Source: Dehalococcoidia bacterium
GTDB taxonomy: Bacteria > Chloroflexota > Dehalococcoidia > Lucifugimonadales > UBA3495
Length of the DNA: 64,000 nt
Direction of reading: 5' to 3'
NCBI GenBank assembly: GCA_965199995.1
Contig: OZ241328.1
Span: 2,060,627-2,124,626 of the forward strand
The notes under the pieces were generated by a model that saw nothing but the letters and a program-made list of their open reading frames with translations, had not been told where the DNA came from and searched no databases. Within the stretch, counting starts at the first letter, position 1; each line of letters opens with the position of its first letter. Position numbers and translations under genes: made by a program. Shown one piece after another: positions 45,446 to 55,641 of the stretch.

Positions 45446-46515
45446 GCCGCGGCGTTCTGCTATTCGGGCTTCTGGTCGTGGCAGCGTTGGCCATCGCCGG
45501 GCTTATCACCGGAGCTATCGGGGCTGGTTTTGCTCAGAGCGAAGAAGATAAGGCTGCTGGCAAAACGGCGGAAGGGCCTTTTATTCCCAAGCCCGCCGTT
45601 CACCTTCCTCCCCAAGTAATCACCCCCAGCGGCGCCTACGAGCATTACGTCGAGTTTCTCCACGCCGAACACAAAGAAAGGGAATACGGCGAGGAAAAGC
45701 TAGATGAGCATGCCCACGAAGTGCTGGAGGAAGGGCCTTACAAAGGCACCAACTTCATCATTACCAACACTCTCCTGTCCTCTTGGATTGCCAGCATAGT
45801 TCTGGTCGCTATATTCGTTTTCGGGGCACGGAAGGCCCAACTGGTGCCGGGGCGATTCCAGAACTTCTGCGAAATAGTCGTTGAGGCACTGTTGCGGTTC
45901 ATCGAAGGCACCGTTGGCCCCAACCGCTCACGGATGCTCTTCCCGGTCATCGCTACCATATTCCTCTTTGTTCTCATCAACGCTTGGATTGGGCTATTGC
46001 CCATCTACCCGGCTCTCGGCTCCAAGGTCGATGGAATCATCGAAGTCCACCTGTTGCGGCCTGCGGGAACAGACATAAATATGCCGCTGGCGCTGGCGCT
46101 GGTGTCCTTCGTCTTCGTCGAATTCCTCGGAATAAAGATGCTAGGCATCGGCTACTTCGGAAAGTTCATTCGGGTGGCCAGCCTAGGGCGCGGCATCAGC
46201 GCCCTGTTCCGCTTCAAGCTACTGGACGCTTTCCAAGGGCTGCTGGATTTCTTCTTCGTAGGGCCGCTGGAAGCGTTCAGCGAGTTCGTCCGGCTGGTCA
46301 GCTTCACCTTCCGTCTCTTTGGGAATATGACGGCAGGCGAAATCCTCGTGCTTATCTCCGCTTTCCTGGTGCCATTCATAGCCACTGTGGGCGTCTACGG
46401 TCTCGAACTGCTGGTCGGTCTTATCCAGGGCCTCATCTTCGCCGGACTGACTCTGGTATTCGCCGCCATAGCAATGACGGCTCACGAACACGAGGGACAC
46501 GAAGAACACCATTAA
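45442..46515 (+). CDS. atpB: F0F1 ATP synthase subunit a, with a long N-terminal extension and His/Glu-rich ends
   Basis: 357 aa. C-terminal FRLFGNMTAGE (essential Arg) motif. Confidence 0.9.
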   Translation: MSRGVLLFGLLVVAALAIAGLITGAIGAGFAQSEEDKAAGKTAEGPFIPKPAVHLPPQVITPSGAYEHYVEFLHAEHKEREYGEEKLDEHAHEVLEEGPYKGTNFIITNTLLSSWIASIVLVAIFVFGARKAQLVPGRFQNFCEIVVEALLRFIEGTVGPNRSRMLFPVIATIFLFVLINAWIGLLPIYPALGSKVDGIIEVHLLRPAGTDINMPLALALVSFVFVEFLGIKMLGIGYFGKFIRVASLGRGISALFRFKLLDAFQGLLDFFFVGPLEAFSEFVRLVSFTFRLFGNMTAGEILVLISAFLVPFIATVGVYGLELLVGLIQGLIFAGLTLVFAAIAMTAHEHEGHEEHH

Positions 46516-46573
46516 TGGAGCAGGGCAAGCATCCTGCGCTACCCTTTCCCTTCAGGCAGAGAGGATTCCCTAA

Positions 46574-47008
<435 letters not shown>

Positions 47009-47026
47009 TGCCGCAAAGGGGACGAT

Positions 47027-47530
47027 ATGTTTGAGACATTGGGAATCCACTTCCCAAGCCTGCTCATATACCTCGTCAACTTCCTGCTGGTCCTGGGGAT
47101 TCTGCGCCTGTTCGCTTACAAGCCTATTCTTCGCCTCATGGACCAGCGGGCCGAGCGTATCCGGGAAAGCCTGGCGGCTTCGGAACGCGCCCGCGAAGAG
47201 GCCGCCAGTTCGCAGGAAGCCATCGAATCGCAGTTGGTGGAAGCCCGCCGCGAGGCGCAGCGAATCGTTGAGCAGGCCCGGGAATCGGCGGAACGCTACC
47301 GCGCCGAGGAAATGGAGCGCGCCCGCAATGAGGCTGAAAACTTTGTTGAGCGGGCCCGCGCCGACATCCAGCGGGAACGCGACGTGGTCATCGAGGAAGT
47401 CCGGGCCAGTTTCGGCGACTTGGCCATTACCGCCGCCGAGCGCGTGGTCCGCCGCTCCCTTGACCGGCAAGCCCACGAGGACCTGATAACCCAAGTGCTG
47501 GAAGAAGGCGAAAGCCTGCGAAGGAATTAA
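47027..47530 (+). CDS. atpF: F0F1 ATP synthase subunit b
   Basis: 167 aa. N-terminal TM helix plus a long charged helix, at the expected operon position. Confidence 0.85.
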   Translation: MFETLGIHFPSLLIYLVNFLLVLGILRLFAYKPILRLMDQRAERIRESLAASERAREEAASSQEAIESQLVEARREAQRIVEQARESAERYRAEEMERARNEAENFVERARADIQRERDVVIEEVRASFGDLAITAAERVVRRSLDRQAHEDLITQVLEEGESLRRN

Positions 47531-47536
47531 CGGCCC

Positions 47537-48076
47537 ATGGCGGGACAGGTATCGGGCAGACGGTACGGACAAGCGATTTTTGAACTGGCCCAAGAGCAGG
47601 GCGAGGCCGGTCAGTGGGGGCAAGACGTCGCTTTGGTGGCGGAAGCCTTCTCCAACCCGGACTTCAATGCCCTGCTCAAGCACGCAGGAGTGTCTGCGGA
47701 AGACAAGCAGAACGCGGTGGATACAGTGCTGGGCGGCGTGAACCCCATGGTGCACAATATGGTCAGCCTCCTGGTGGCCCGGGGATTGGTGGACGCCATC
47801 CCCGACGCTTGCCAGGAGTTTTCTGTGTTGCTGGACCGTCAGGAAGGCCGCCAGCGGGTGGAAGTCACCACCGCCGTGCCGCTGGCCCCCCCGGAAGTCG
47901 AGCGCATCACCCGTTTCATCTCCGGCCTCATCGGGCGAGAAGTGGTGGTGACCCCGCGAGTAGACGAGGAAATCCTCGGGGGATTAGTCATCCAGATAGG
48001 CGATCGCCTGTTAGACGGCAGCGCCCGAGCCCGACTGGACGGACTGCGGGAACGGCTGTCCGCCGGTATAAGATAA
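47537..48076 (+). CDS. atpH: F0F1 ATP synthase subunit delta (OSCP)
   Basis: 179 aa. YGQAIFELA start, ...[16 protein letters not shown]-terminal motif. Confidence 0.85.
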   Translation: MAGQVSGRRYGQAIFELAQEQGEAGQWGQDVALVAEAFSNPDFNALLKHAGVSAEDKQNAVDTVLGGVNPMVHNMVSLLVARGLVDAIPDACQEFSVLLDRQEGRQRVEVTTAVPLAPPEVERITRFISGLIGREVVVTPRVDEEILGGLVIQIGDRLLDGSARARLDGLRERLSAGIR

Positions 48077-48174
48077 TCCCGCGCACCGCAAATAGAGAAG
48101 CATTATCATTAAGCGTCGGACATGGGGGCCAATATCCTCATTTCCTAGATTCACCTAGCGAAGGAGATCCCGTC

Positions 48175-49686
48175 ATGGCAACCAGGGGACAGGACATAGT
48201 TTCGCTGATAAAGCGCCAAATTGAGGAATTCGGCGGCGACCTGACCCTGGTGGACGTCGGCACCGTAGTCCAGGTGGGCGACGGTATCGCCAGCATCCAG
48301 GGGCTTCAGGGCGTGCGCTCCAACGAGCTTTTGGATTTCGGCAATGACATCCTGGGGTTGGCCTTGAACCTGGAGGCCGACCTCGTTGGCGCAGCCATCC
48401 TGGGCGACCCTAACGCCGTCAAAGAAGGCAACCGAGTGCGCTCTACGGGACGCATCATCGAAGTGCCGGTAGGCGAGGGTCTTATGGGCCGCGTGGTTGA
48501 CCCTCTTGGCCGCCCGCTGGACGGCAAGGGCACCGTCAGCACCAGTGGAACCCGTTCCGCCGAGACCGTGGCCCCTAACGTAGTGGTGCGCCAGTCGGTG
48601 GACACGCCGGTGCAAACCGGCATCAAGGCCATTGACTCCATGATCCCCATTGGCCGCGGCCAGCGGGAGCTGATAATCGGCGACCGCTCCACCGGCAAGA
48701 CCGCCATCGCCATTGACGCCATCATCAACCAGAAAGGCGGCGACCTTATCTGCATCTACGTCGCCATCGGCCAGAAACAGGGCAAGGTGGCGCAGGTTGT
48801 GAGTTCCCTGGAAGAGGCCGACGCCATGAGCCACACCATCGTGGTCACCGCCGGAGCTTCCGACTCTGCCCCGCTGCAGTACTTGGCCCCCTATGCCGGC
48901 TGCGCCATGGCCGAAGAGTTTATGGACCAGGGCAGGGATGTGCTGATTGTATACGACGACTTGACTAAGCACGCCTGGGCCTACCGGCAGATGTCGCTGC
49001 TGTTGCGCCGCCCGGCCGGTCGCGAGGCCTACCCCGGCGACGTGTTCTACCTGCACAGCCGGCTGCTGGAACGGTCGGCGAGGCTGGACCAGGAACACGG
49101 CGGCGGCTCCATTACTGCCCTGCCTATTATCGAAACCCAGGCCGGCGACGTATCGGCATATATCCCCACCAACGTCATTTCCATCACCGACGGCCAGATA
49201 TACCTGGAGCCGGAGCTGTTCAACTCCGGCATCCGCCCGGCGGTGAACGTGGGGCTGTCGGTGTCCCGCGTGGGCGGCGCCGCCCAGACCAGGGCCATCC
49301 GAAAGGTGGCCGGCCGCCTGCGTCTTGACCTCGCTCAGTACCGCGAGCTTGCAACCTTCGCCCAGTTCGGCACCGCCGACCTGGACGCCGCTACCCGGGC
49401 GCAACTGGCGCGGGGGCAGCTTGCTACCGAGGTGCTGAAACAGGCGCAGTACGAGCCTCTTTCCCTCGACCAGGAAGTGGTAATCCTCTTTGCCGTCAAC
49501 TCCGGAGCCATGGAAGACGTACCGCTGGATCGTACCTCCGAATTCGAGCAGGGCCTGCTTCGCCATATTTCCGGCAGCCACCCGGACATCTTGCAAAGCA
49601 TCATGGAAACCCGGGACATCACCGACGAGACCGAGGCCAAGCTGAACCAGGCCATCGCAGCCTACAAGTCCACTTTCGGGGCCTAG
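48175..49686 (+). CDS. atpA: F0F1 ATP synthase subunit alpha
   Basis: 503 aa from ATG 48175 after GAAGGAG. Walker A GDRSTGKT. The long upstream extension in the ORF track is spurious. Confidence 0.95.
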   Translation: MATRGQDIVSLIKRQIEEFGGDLTLVDVGTVVQVGDGIASIQGLQGVRSNELLDFGNDILGLALNLEADLVGAAILGDPNAVKEGNRVRSTGRIIEVPVGEGLMGRVVDPLGRPLDGKGTVSTSGTRSAETVAPNVVVRQSVDTPVQTGIKAIDSMIPIGRGQRELIIGDRSTGKTAIAIDAIINQKGGDLICIYVAIGQKQGKVAQVVSSLEEADAMSHTIVVTAGASDSAPLQYLAPYAGCAMAEEFMDQGRDVLIVYDDLTKHAWAYRQMSLLLRRPAGREAYPGDVFYLHSRLLERSARLDQEHGGGSITALPIIETQAGDVSAYIPTNVISITDGQIYLEPELFNSGIRPAVNVGLSVSRVGGAAQTRAIRKVAGRLRLDLAQYRELATFAQFGTADLDAATRAQLARGQLATEVLKQAQYEPLSLDQEVVILFAVNSGAMEDVPLDRTSEFEQGLLRHISGSHPDILQSIMETRDITDETEAKLNQAIAAYKSTFGA

Positions 49687-49732
49687 CTTAGCGCCCCGCC
49701 CCATCCTCGAAGAGGGGAATAAGGCGGATAGA

Positions 49733-50596
49733 ATGCCCAGCGTAAGAGACATACGCCGCCGTATACGCAGCGTGGAGAACACTGGCAAGGTAACCAACGC
49801 TATGTCGCTGATTGCCGCATCGAAGATGCGCCGCGCCCAGAACGCAGTCTTGCTGGGCCGCCCCTACGCCGAGAAGATTCAGGACGTAATCGCCCATCTG
49901 GCAGCTCAACCCGCTGACGACGTGTCCACGTCGCAGCCGTTATTGCAAGTGCGGCCCGTGGCCAACATCGCTGTGCTGGTCATCAGCCCCGACCGGGGAC
50001 TGTGCGGCGGAATGCACGCCAACCTGAACCGGCGCGTGGGCCAGTTCATCCTCGACCAGGAAGTTCCGGTTCAGGCCATCGCCGTGGGACGCAAGGGACG
50101 CGACTTCATGGTGCGCTCCGGGAGCGACTTGCGGGCCGTCTTCACCGACTTGGGCGAGACCCCCACATTGCTGGACACAGTAGTCATATCGCAGATTCTG
50201 ATTGACGCTTATTCCGAAGAACAAGCCGATGAAGTTTACGTTGCCTACACTCGCTTCAACTCCACCCTATCCCAGACGCCGGTGGTGGAGCGCCTATTGC
50301 CCATAATTCCCTCGGAGTTGTCAGGCCCCCAGCGTGTCGGATACTACTATGAACCGGATAACCTGACAGTGCTTCGCAATCTGCTTCCCCGCTACGTGGA
50401 GATGGAGGTCTATCACGCCCTGCTGGAGTCCATCGCCAGCGAGCAGTCCGCCCGGATGGTCGCCATGCGCAACGCCACCGACAACGCCAAGCAGCTTAGC
50501 GAGGAGTTGACCTTGGTGATGAACAAGCTGCGCCAGGAAAGCATTACCAACGAGCTGCTCGACCTCATCGGGGGCATGGCCGTGCTAGAGGGGTAG
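49733..50596 (+). CDS. atpG: F0F1 ATP synthase subunit gamma
   Basis: 287 aa. IRRRIRSVENTGKVTNAMSLIAASKMRRAQ, C-terminal ITNELLDLIGG. Confidence 0.9.
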   Translation: MPSVRDIRRRIRSVENTGKVTNAMSLIAASKMRRAQNAVLLGRPYAEKIQDVIAHLAAQPADDVSTSQPLLQVRPVANIAVLVISPDRGLCGGMHANLNRRVGQFILDQEVPVQAIAVGRKGRDFMVRSGSDLRAVFTDLGETPTLLDTVVISQILIDAYSEEQADEVYVAYTRFNSTLSQTPVVERLLPIIPSELSGPQRVGYYYEPDNLTVLRNLLPRYVEMEVYHALLESIASEQSARMVAMRNATDNAKQLSEELTLVMNKLRQESITNELLDLIGGMAVLEG

Positions 50597-50598
50597 CT

Positions 50599-50973
50599 GT
50601 GGGCATCATAATTGAAGAATACACTGTTACCGGAAACCGCGGCACTGACACCATGCGGGTGTTATACGACACCGGGGCAAGCGCCTCTTTCGTCCGCCAA
50701 GACATTGCGGAACCTTTGGGCGACTTTGCAGCCTCGCCCATTTCCATGAAGTTCATGATGGCCGATGGGGAGGAGACGTTTACCGTTGACCGCACCATCA
50801 ATTTGGTTGTAGATGTGGATAATGCCCGGCTGGTGCATAGCTTCTATGTTGCTGAGGAACTCGCCGAGGAATTAGTTATTGGCGCAGACATGATGCAGAA
50901 ATACAGGATCACCCTTAACATGGAGGGCGAGGCTGTTAGCATCGATCCCCGCGCCATATACCTGCGGGCGTAG
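50599..50973 (+). CDS. Small stand-alone retropepsin-like (clan AA) aspartic protease
   Basis: 124 aa. VLYDTGASASFV (catalytic D-T-G-A) and LVIGADMM (hydrophobic-hydrophobic-Gly). GTG start 3 nt after the atpG stop, with GAGGGG upstream. Confidence 0.65.
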   Translation: MGIIIEEYTVTGNRGTDTMRVLYDTGASASFVRQDIAEPLGDFAASPISMKFMMADGEETFTVDRTINLVVDVDNARLVHSFYVAEELAEELVIGADMMQKYRITLNMEGEAVSIDPRAIYLRA

Positions 50974-50984
50974 AGCCTCTGTGA

Positions 50985-52412
<1,428 letters not shown>

Positions 52413-52418
52413 GCCGCC

Positions 52419-52862
52419 ATGCCGATGATGCTGGAAATCACTACTGCCGAGCGGCAGGTATACGGCGAAGAAGTGGATATGGTCATCGCCCCGGGCATCG
52501 ACGGGCAGTTGGGCATTCTGCCCAGGCACGCCCCGCTGATGACTATGCTGCAGCCGGGGGAACTAACTATCCGCAAGGGCGGAACGGACAGCTTCTTCAC
52601 CGTCACCGGCGGTTTCATGGAAGTGTTGGGCGACCGGGTAATCATCCTAGCCGACGCCTGCGAACGCTCGGATGAAATCAACGAAGAGCGGGCTCAGGAA
52701 GCAATGCGCCGCGCTCAGGAACGAATTGCCAACCGTCCCTCCGATATGCAGATGCAAAGGTCATTGGCATCCCTGCGCCGGGCGCAAGTGCGCTTGGAGA
52801 CCGTGCGCCGCCGTCGCGCCCGAGGCGGCGGGCAGTTGCCGCCTTCCGTCAGCAGTTCATAG
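52419..52862 (+). CDS. atpC: F0F1 ATP synthase subunit epsilon
   Basis: 147 aa. GILPRHAPL motif, helical C-terminus. Confidence 0.85.
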   Translation: MPMMLEITTAERQVYGEEVDMVIAPGIDGQLGILPRHAPLMTMLQPGELTIRKGGTDSFFTVTGGFMEVLGDRVIILADACERSDEINEERAQEAMRRAQERIANRPSDMQMQRSLASLRRAQVRLETVRRRRARGGGQLPPSVSSS

Positions 52863-52932
52863 CGACTGCGGGACTCCGCCTCCAGCAGAACAATCGCGTT
52901 TCCCCAGCAAGCCCGTTGCGCTCCCGTGGGCT

Positions 52933-53598
52933 TTAGCAGTCCTCCGTCGGACTGTTGATATAGTAGGTCATTGACTGAAGGGATAACACCGGGTCTATGT
53001 TGCGAATCCTGACCCCTTCCCGAACGTGGGGAATAATGGGGGCATAGTTTAAGATGGCGCGGACGCCGCAAGCTACCAGTTGATCTACCACTTCCTGCGT
53101 ATAAGATACCGGCACAGCCACAATAGCGATACTTATCTTGCGCTCGGTAACTATTCGTTTCAGATCGTCTAGAGACTGGACGGTCAAACCGCCCACGTCC
53201 TCGCCTATGACCTCCTTATTGATGTCGAAGGCGGCCACCAAGTGAAAACCGTCGGGCGTGAAGCCGGGATAGTTTACGATGGCCCTTCCCAAACGGCCCA
53301 CGCCTACCACGGCGACGTTCCAATAAGCATTTACACCGAGAATCTGACGCAGCCGGTCCAGCAGGTCGCGAACGCTATATCCCCGGCCCTGCTTGCCGAA
53401 CCGACCGAAATAGCTGAGGTCTTTGCGAATCTGGGCCGGCGTAACCTGGAGTTGCTCTCCCAGTTGCTTGGAGCTTACCACCATGATGCCGTCTTCCATC
53501 AGGCGGTTCAGAATACGAAGATACTGGGGCAGCCGACTAACCACGACTTCCGGCACTTCCATGCGCGATTCATCCGGTGTGAGAGGAGCGCCAACCAT
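52933..53598 (-). CDS. rex: Redox-sensing transcriptional repressor Rex
   Basis: RLPQYLRIL winged helix. VAVVGVGRLGRAI Rossmann motif. Confidence 0.85.
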   Translation of the reverse strand: MVGAPLTPDESRMEVPEVVVSRLPQYLRILNRLMEDGIMVVSSKQLGEQLQVTPAQIRKDLSYFGRFGKQGRGYSVRDLLDRLRQILGVNAYWNVAVVGVGRLGRAIVNYPGFTPDGFHLVAAFDINKEVIGEDVGGLTVQSLDDLKRIVTERKISIAIVAVPVSYTQEVVDQLVACGVRAILNYAPIIPHVREGVRIRNIDPVLSLQSMTYYINSPTEDC

Positions 53599-53760
53599 AG
53601 GCCATTACCGTCCTAGGGGGGCAGATTTCAAAGACCCTTTTTTTCAAGCTGTCCTATTGTGTAATTTTTAATTGCCGTTGATTGGGGTCAATATATCACG
53701 CAATCACCGGAACAAGTCAGGACTCAATCCCAAAAATCGCCCGGCCCCGCGGGAGGAAAG

Positions 53761-54054
53761 ATGCACGTTGGAGTTTGCAGATTAACGCTGCATCTGCCGG
53801 AAGTCTCCAGCCTGAAGGAAAAACGGCAGATCGTTCGCTCCCTTTCAGACCGCCTTCGCAACCGCTTCAACGTAGCCGTCGCAGAGGTGGAGGGCGCCGA
53901 TATGCGGCAGCGGCTCACCTTGGGCCTGTGCTGCGTCAGCAACGACCGGGGCCATGCCGACTCCATGCTCTCCAGACTGATCGATTTCGTCGAGGAGTCG
54001 CGCCTTGACGGGGAGATACTGGACGTCCAGACGGAAATTATCAGCGGTGTTTAG
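53761..54054 (+). CDS. DUF503 (YlxP-like) family protein
   Basis: 97 aa. L.LHLPEVSSLKEKRQIVRSL..RLRNRFNVAVAEV. Confidence 0.7.
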   Translation: MHVGVCRLTLHLPEVSSLKEKRQIVRSLSDRLRNRFNVAVAEVEGADMRQRLTLGLCCVSNDRGHADSMLSRLIDFVEESRLDGEILDVQTEIISGV

Positions 54055-54862
54055 CCTGCTTCCAATTGCCGGTAGCCACCCCGTCTCGAAACTCCAGCAA
54101 AGCGCCGGCCATTACATCGGCGGCGACGTATTGGGCATTGTTATGAGAAGCGGCAGGCATAGTTACGAAACGCTTAGGAGAATTTGCTGCCTCAAAGAGC
54201 TTGATGCCTTGGGAATAAGGAACAATCTCATCTAGCTCGCCGTGCAGGATTAAGAGGGGGGTATGAACCTTGGGCATCAGGGCCATCGAATTGTAGTGAT
54301 TGCGCACTATCCATCCGGCCATCGGCAACGGCAAGACCAGCTTAGCCATATCACGGATGGATGAAAAGGGAGCTATCAGCGCCATTCCCGCCGGGGGGCG
54401 GAACGCCGCCAACTCCACTGCCACTGCCGCGCCGAGCGAATGCCCGAAGTAAACAACTCGGCTAGAGTCAACGTCGGGGCGATTGTCCAGATAGGCTAGA
54501 GCGGCGCGGGCGTCCAAGTATGTGCCTTGCTCCGACGGCCTGCCTTCGCTGTTCCCATAACCCCGGTAGTCGAAGATGAACTGCTGAACGCCCAACAGAC
54601 GGTGCGCCCGCTCCAGTTGGCCGACCCGGGTGCTTATATTCCCTCCGTTGCCGTGGAACCAAAGCCAAGTTTGGGCGCCCGGGCTGGGAGCGTCGTGAGG
54701 CGCCGGCAGGAACCAGCCGTGCAGCACTACCCCGTCCGGGGCCATGAAGTAGACGTCCTCATACTGCAATCCCGCTTGGGCCGGGGCGCCAACGACTTCC
54801 GGTTCCGGGAAGAACAAAAACCGCTTTTCAGCCCAGGCCCACAACATTTCCGGGAATCGCAA
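54041..54862 (-). CDS. Alpha/beta hydrolase (BEM46/prolyl-oligopeptidase-like serine hydrolase)
   Basis: 273 aa. GHSLGAAVA nucleophile elbow, LILHGELDEIVP. Confidence 0.75.
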   Translation of the reverse strand: MRFPEMLWAWAEKRFLFFPEPEVVGAPAQAGLQYEDVYFMAPDGVVLHGWFLPAPHDAPSPGAQTWLWFHGNGGNISTRVGQLERAHRLLGVQQFIFDYRGYGNSEGRPSEQGTYLDARAALAYLDNRPDVDSSRVVYFGHSLGAAVAVELAAFRPPAGMALIAPFSSIRDMAKLVLPLPMAGWIVRNHYNSMALMPKVHTPLLILHGELDEIVPYSQGIKLFEAANSPKRFVTMPAASHNNAQYVAADVMAGALLEFRDGVATGNWKQAKHR

Positions 54863-54864
54863 CT

Positions 54865-55305
54865 CTACGCGGAGATAACTGACTGTCCCCTAGTTCCCAT
54901 CAGTTCCAGCAGGCGCTGCGAGAAATCGCGCTTGGTCAGCACGGCGTCGCACCCCAGCCGCCGCGCTTTGCGCAGCGTCTCAGCGTCGCCGTGAGGCCCG
55001 TAGGCGATGATCGGCGCGGGCGCGCTATGGTTATCTTTACCGTCCTGCGGCTTGGCTTTCAAAGCTGCGCCCAATACGGATAGGCCATCTTCCCAGACCG
55101 CTTCCTCTGTCTCCAGATCCACCAGCGCCAGAGCCACGTCGCGCCCCGCGGTGGACTTGAGCAGCCCGGCGGCGGAATCCCCGTAAATCGCCTCCATGCC
55201 AGAGCGGATGGCGGCGGACTCGATACGCGGGATGAAGAACAGATTGCTGGTCAGCACCAGGGTTACCTGCGGAAGGGCCTCATTTTCTTCAAGTTGACCG
55301 GTCAT
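54865..55305 (-). CDS. CheY-like receiver-fold protein lacking the N-terminal acidic pair (pseudo-receiver?)
   Basis: VTLVLTSN / LALVDLE / IIAYGPHGD / AVLTKRDF spacing mimics the beta1/3/4/5 positions of a receiver domain. Start set at Met 55305. Confidence 0.35.
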   Translation of the reverse strand: MTGQLEENEALPQVTLVLTSNLFFIPRIESAAIRSGMEAIYGDSAAGLLKSTAGRDVALALVDLETEEAVWEDGLSVLGAALKAKPQDGKDNHSAPAPIIAYGPHGDAETLRKARRLGCDAVLTKRDFSQRLLELMGTRGQSVISA

Positions 55306-55306
55306 G

Positions 55307-55555
55307 TTATCGCACCGGCGGCACGCCGAAAGGCTCCGCCATCTGAGACTGGGGATACGACGCCTGTTCCCGCTGGATGGTCTCGATGCGTCCGGCAATG
55401 TCGCGGCGTTCAGGGCGCTCCGCCTCGCAATTGGGACACCAGATTAGCGCCTTCGACGAAAGCATCATATTGTCTTTTTTGACTTGCATTGTCTCGATTT
55501 CCGTGTTGCAGACGCTGCACTTGCGGACGATGGTTACTTGGTCAATGGGGGGCAT
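55307..55555 (-). CDS. Small zinc-ribbon protein
   Basis: 82 aa. CSVC...(25 aa)...CPNC. Its stop abuts the downstream start. Confidence 0.4.
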   Translation of the reverse strand: MPPIDQVTIVRKCSVCNTEIETMQVKKDNMMLSSKALIWCPNCEAERPERRDIAGRIETIQREQASYPQSQMAEPFGVPPVR

Positions 55556-55641
55556 CGTCTCTGACCTCCTCTACTCCATTTCCTTAGGAAAGCAGGCGCA
55601 AGCCGGATGTTCTGTCTGTATCCCGGCTGACTTCTACAGGG

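Noticed and set aside
48151-49797. 548-aa ORF antisense to atpA. Similar long antisense or overlapping ORFs occur at 46763..47755, 21446..22585, 36472..37236, 17765..18556, 11088..11750 and 47614..48174
   Set aside because: They lie opposite to or overlap genes with unambiguous conserved motifs. They have Arg/Gly/Ala/Pro-rich, low-complexity translations typical of stop-poor alternative frames in high-GC DNA, and no recognisable motifs.
53599-53760. Rex operator in the rex/DUF503 divergent region
   Set aside because: No TTGTGA-N6-8-TCACAA-type palindrome is present. Only a short TTGATTGGGGTCAA palindrome (53678-53691) was seen, which does not match the known Rex box.
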